Below are positions 63,758 through 64,000 of a stretch of 64,000 nt of DNA, piece by piece. How positions within the stretch are numbered: the first letter of the stretch is position 1; each line of letters begins with the position of its first letter. Below the pieces are notes generated by a model that saw only the letters and a program-made list of their open reading frames with translations, had not been told where the DNA came from and did no database searches. This DNA is from Lingula anatina. Its lineage: Eukaryota > Animalia > Brachiopoda. The stretch covers positions 3,658,001 through 3,722,000 of the forward strand of contig CM120649.1 of assembly GCA_051362555.1 (NCBI GenBank), in the 5' to 3' direction. The translations under genes and the position numbers were made by a program.

Positions 63758-64000
63758 TTTTCACAAGGTCCTTCAAGACCTCTAAAACATCGTTGTAATT
63801 GCAGCCCATACCATAAAACACCCAAAAATACTTAGATATGGACATATCGGATTATATTAATGCCAAATTTCCACATGACAACGATTTATAGACTCCCGGG
63901 AATTATTTCCCCTTTACGCTTTTTGTCGCGCTGGCGGTCGACGCAGCATTTATTTCTAAACAAGTTGACCGCAAATTAAGCACGATTTTGCACCTTCAAG

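Overview
AT-rich, microsatellite-rich eukaryotic (metazoan, probably marine invertebrate; inference) DNA with spliceosomal GT-AG introns. There is no prokaryotic operon, CRISPR array or structural RNA gene that I can support. Three + strand genes can be assembled by hand with phase-consistent splice sites. (1) The 3' ten coding exons of a ZBBX-like gene (20898-42901); its N-terminal B-box exons were not found and presumably lie upstream of the window. (2) A 7-exon GT7 beta-1,4-galactosyl/GalNAc-transferase (50877-55319). (3) A 4-exon secreted single-VWA-domain gene (58380-60458) in locally duplicated DNA that also holds two truncated copies of its promoter and signal peptide. A decayed C2H2 zinc-finger array lies on the - strand (~44.7-45.7 kb), and a 5'-truncated non-LTR retrotransposon lies at ~19.3-20.76 kb. 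The most striking unannotated structure is a nested stack of non-autonomous DNA transposons in the 16-kb ZBBX intron (27.4-32.0 kb). Here a Helentron/HINE-like element contains a TATGG...CCATA foldback with a 6-bp duplication defined by an in-window empty site, and the foldback contains two further inverted-repeat elements. The window also has a CAG...CTG MITE group with 5-bp TSDs, TAA-TSD Harbinger-type MITEs, and many TA-NNNN-TA octamers that duplicate comparisons show are small insertions (probable excision footprints). I did not find a clearly novel protein-coding system. The best 'undescribed' candidates are these mobile-DNA architectures and the VWA duplication unit.
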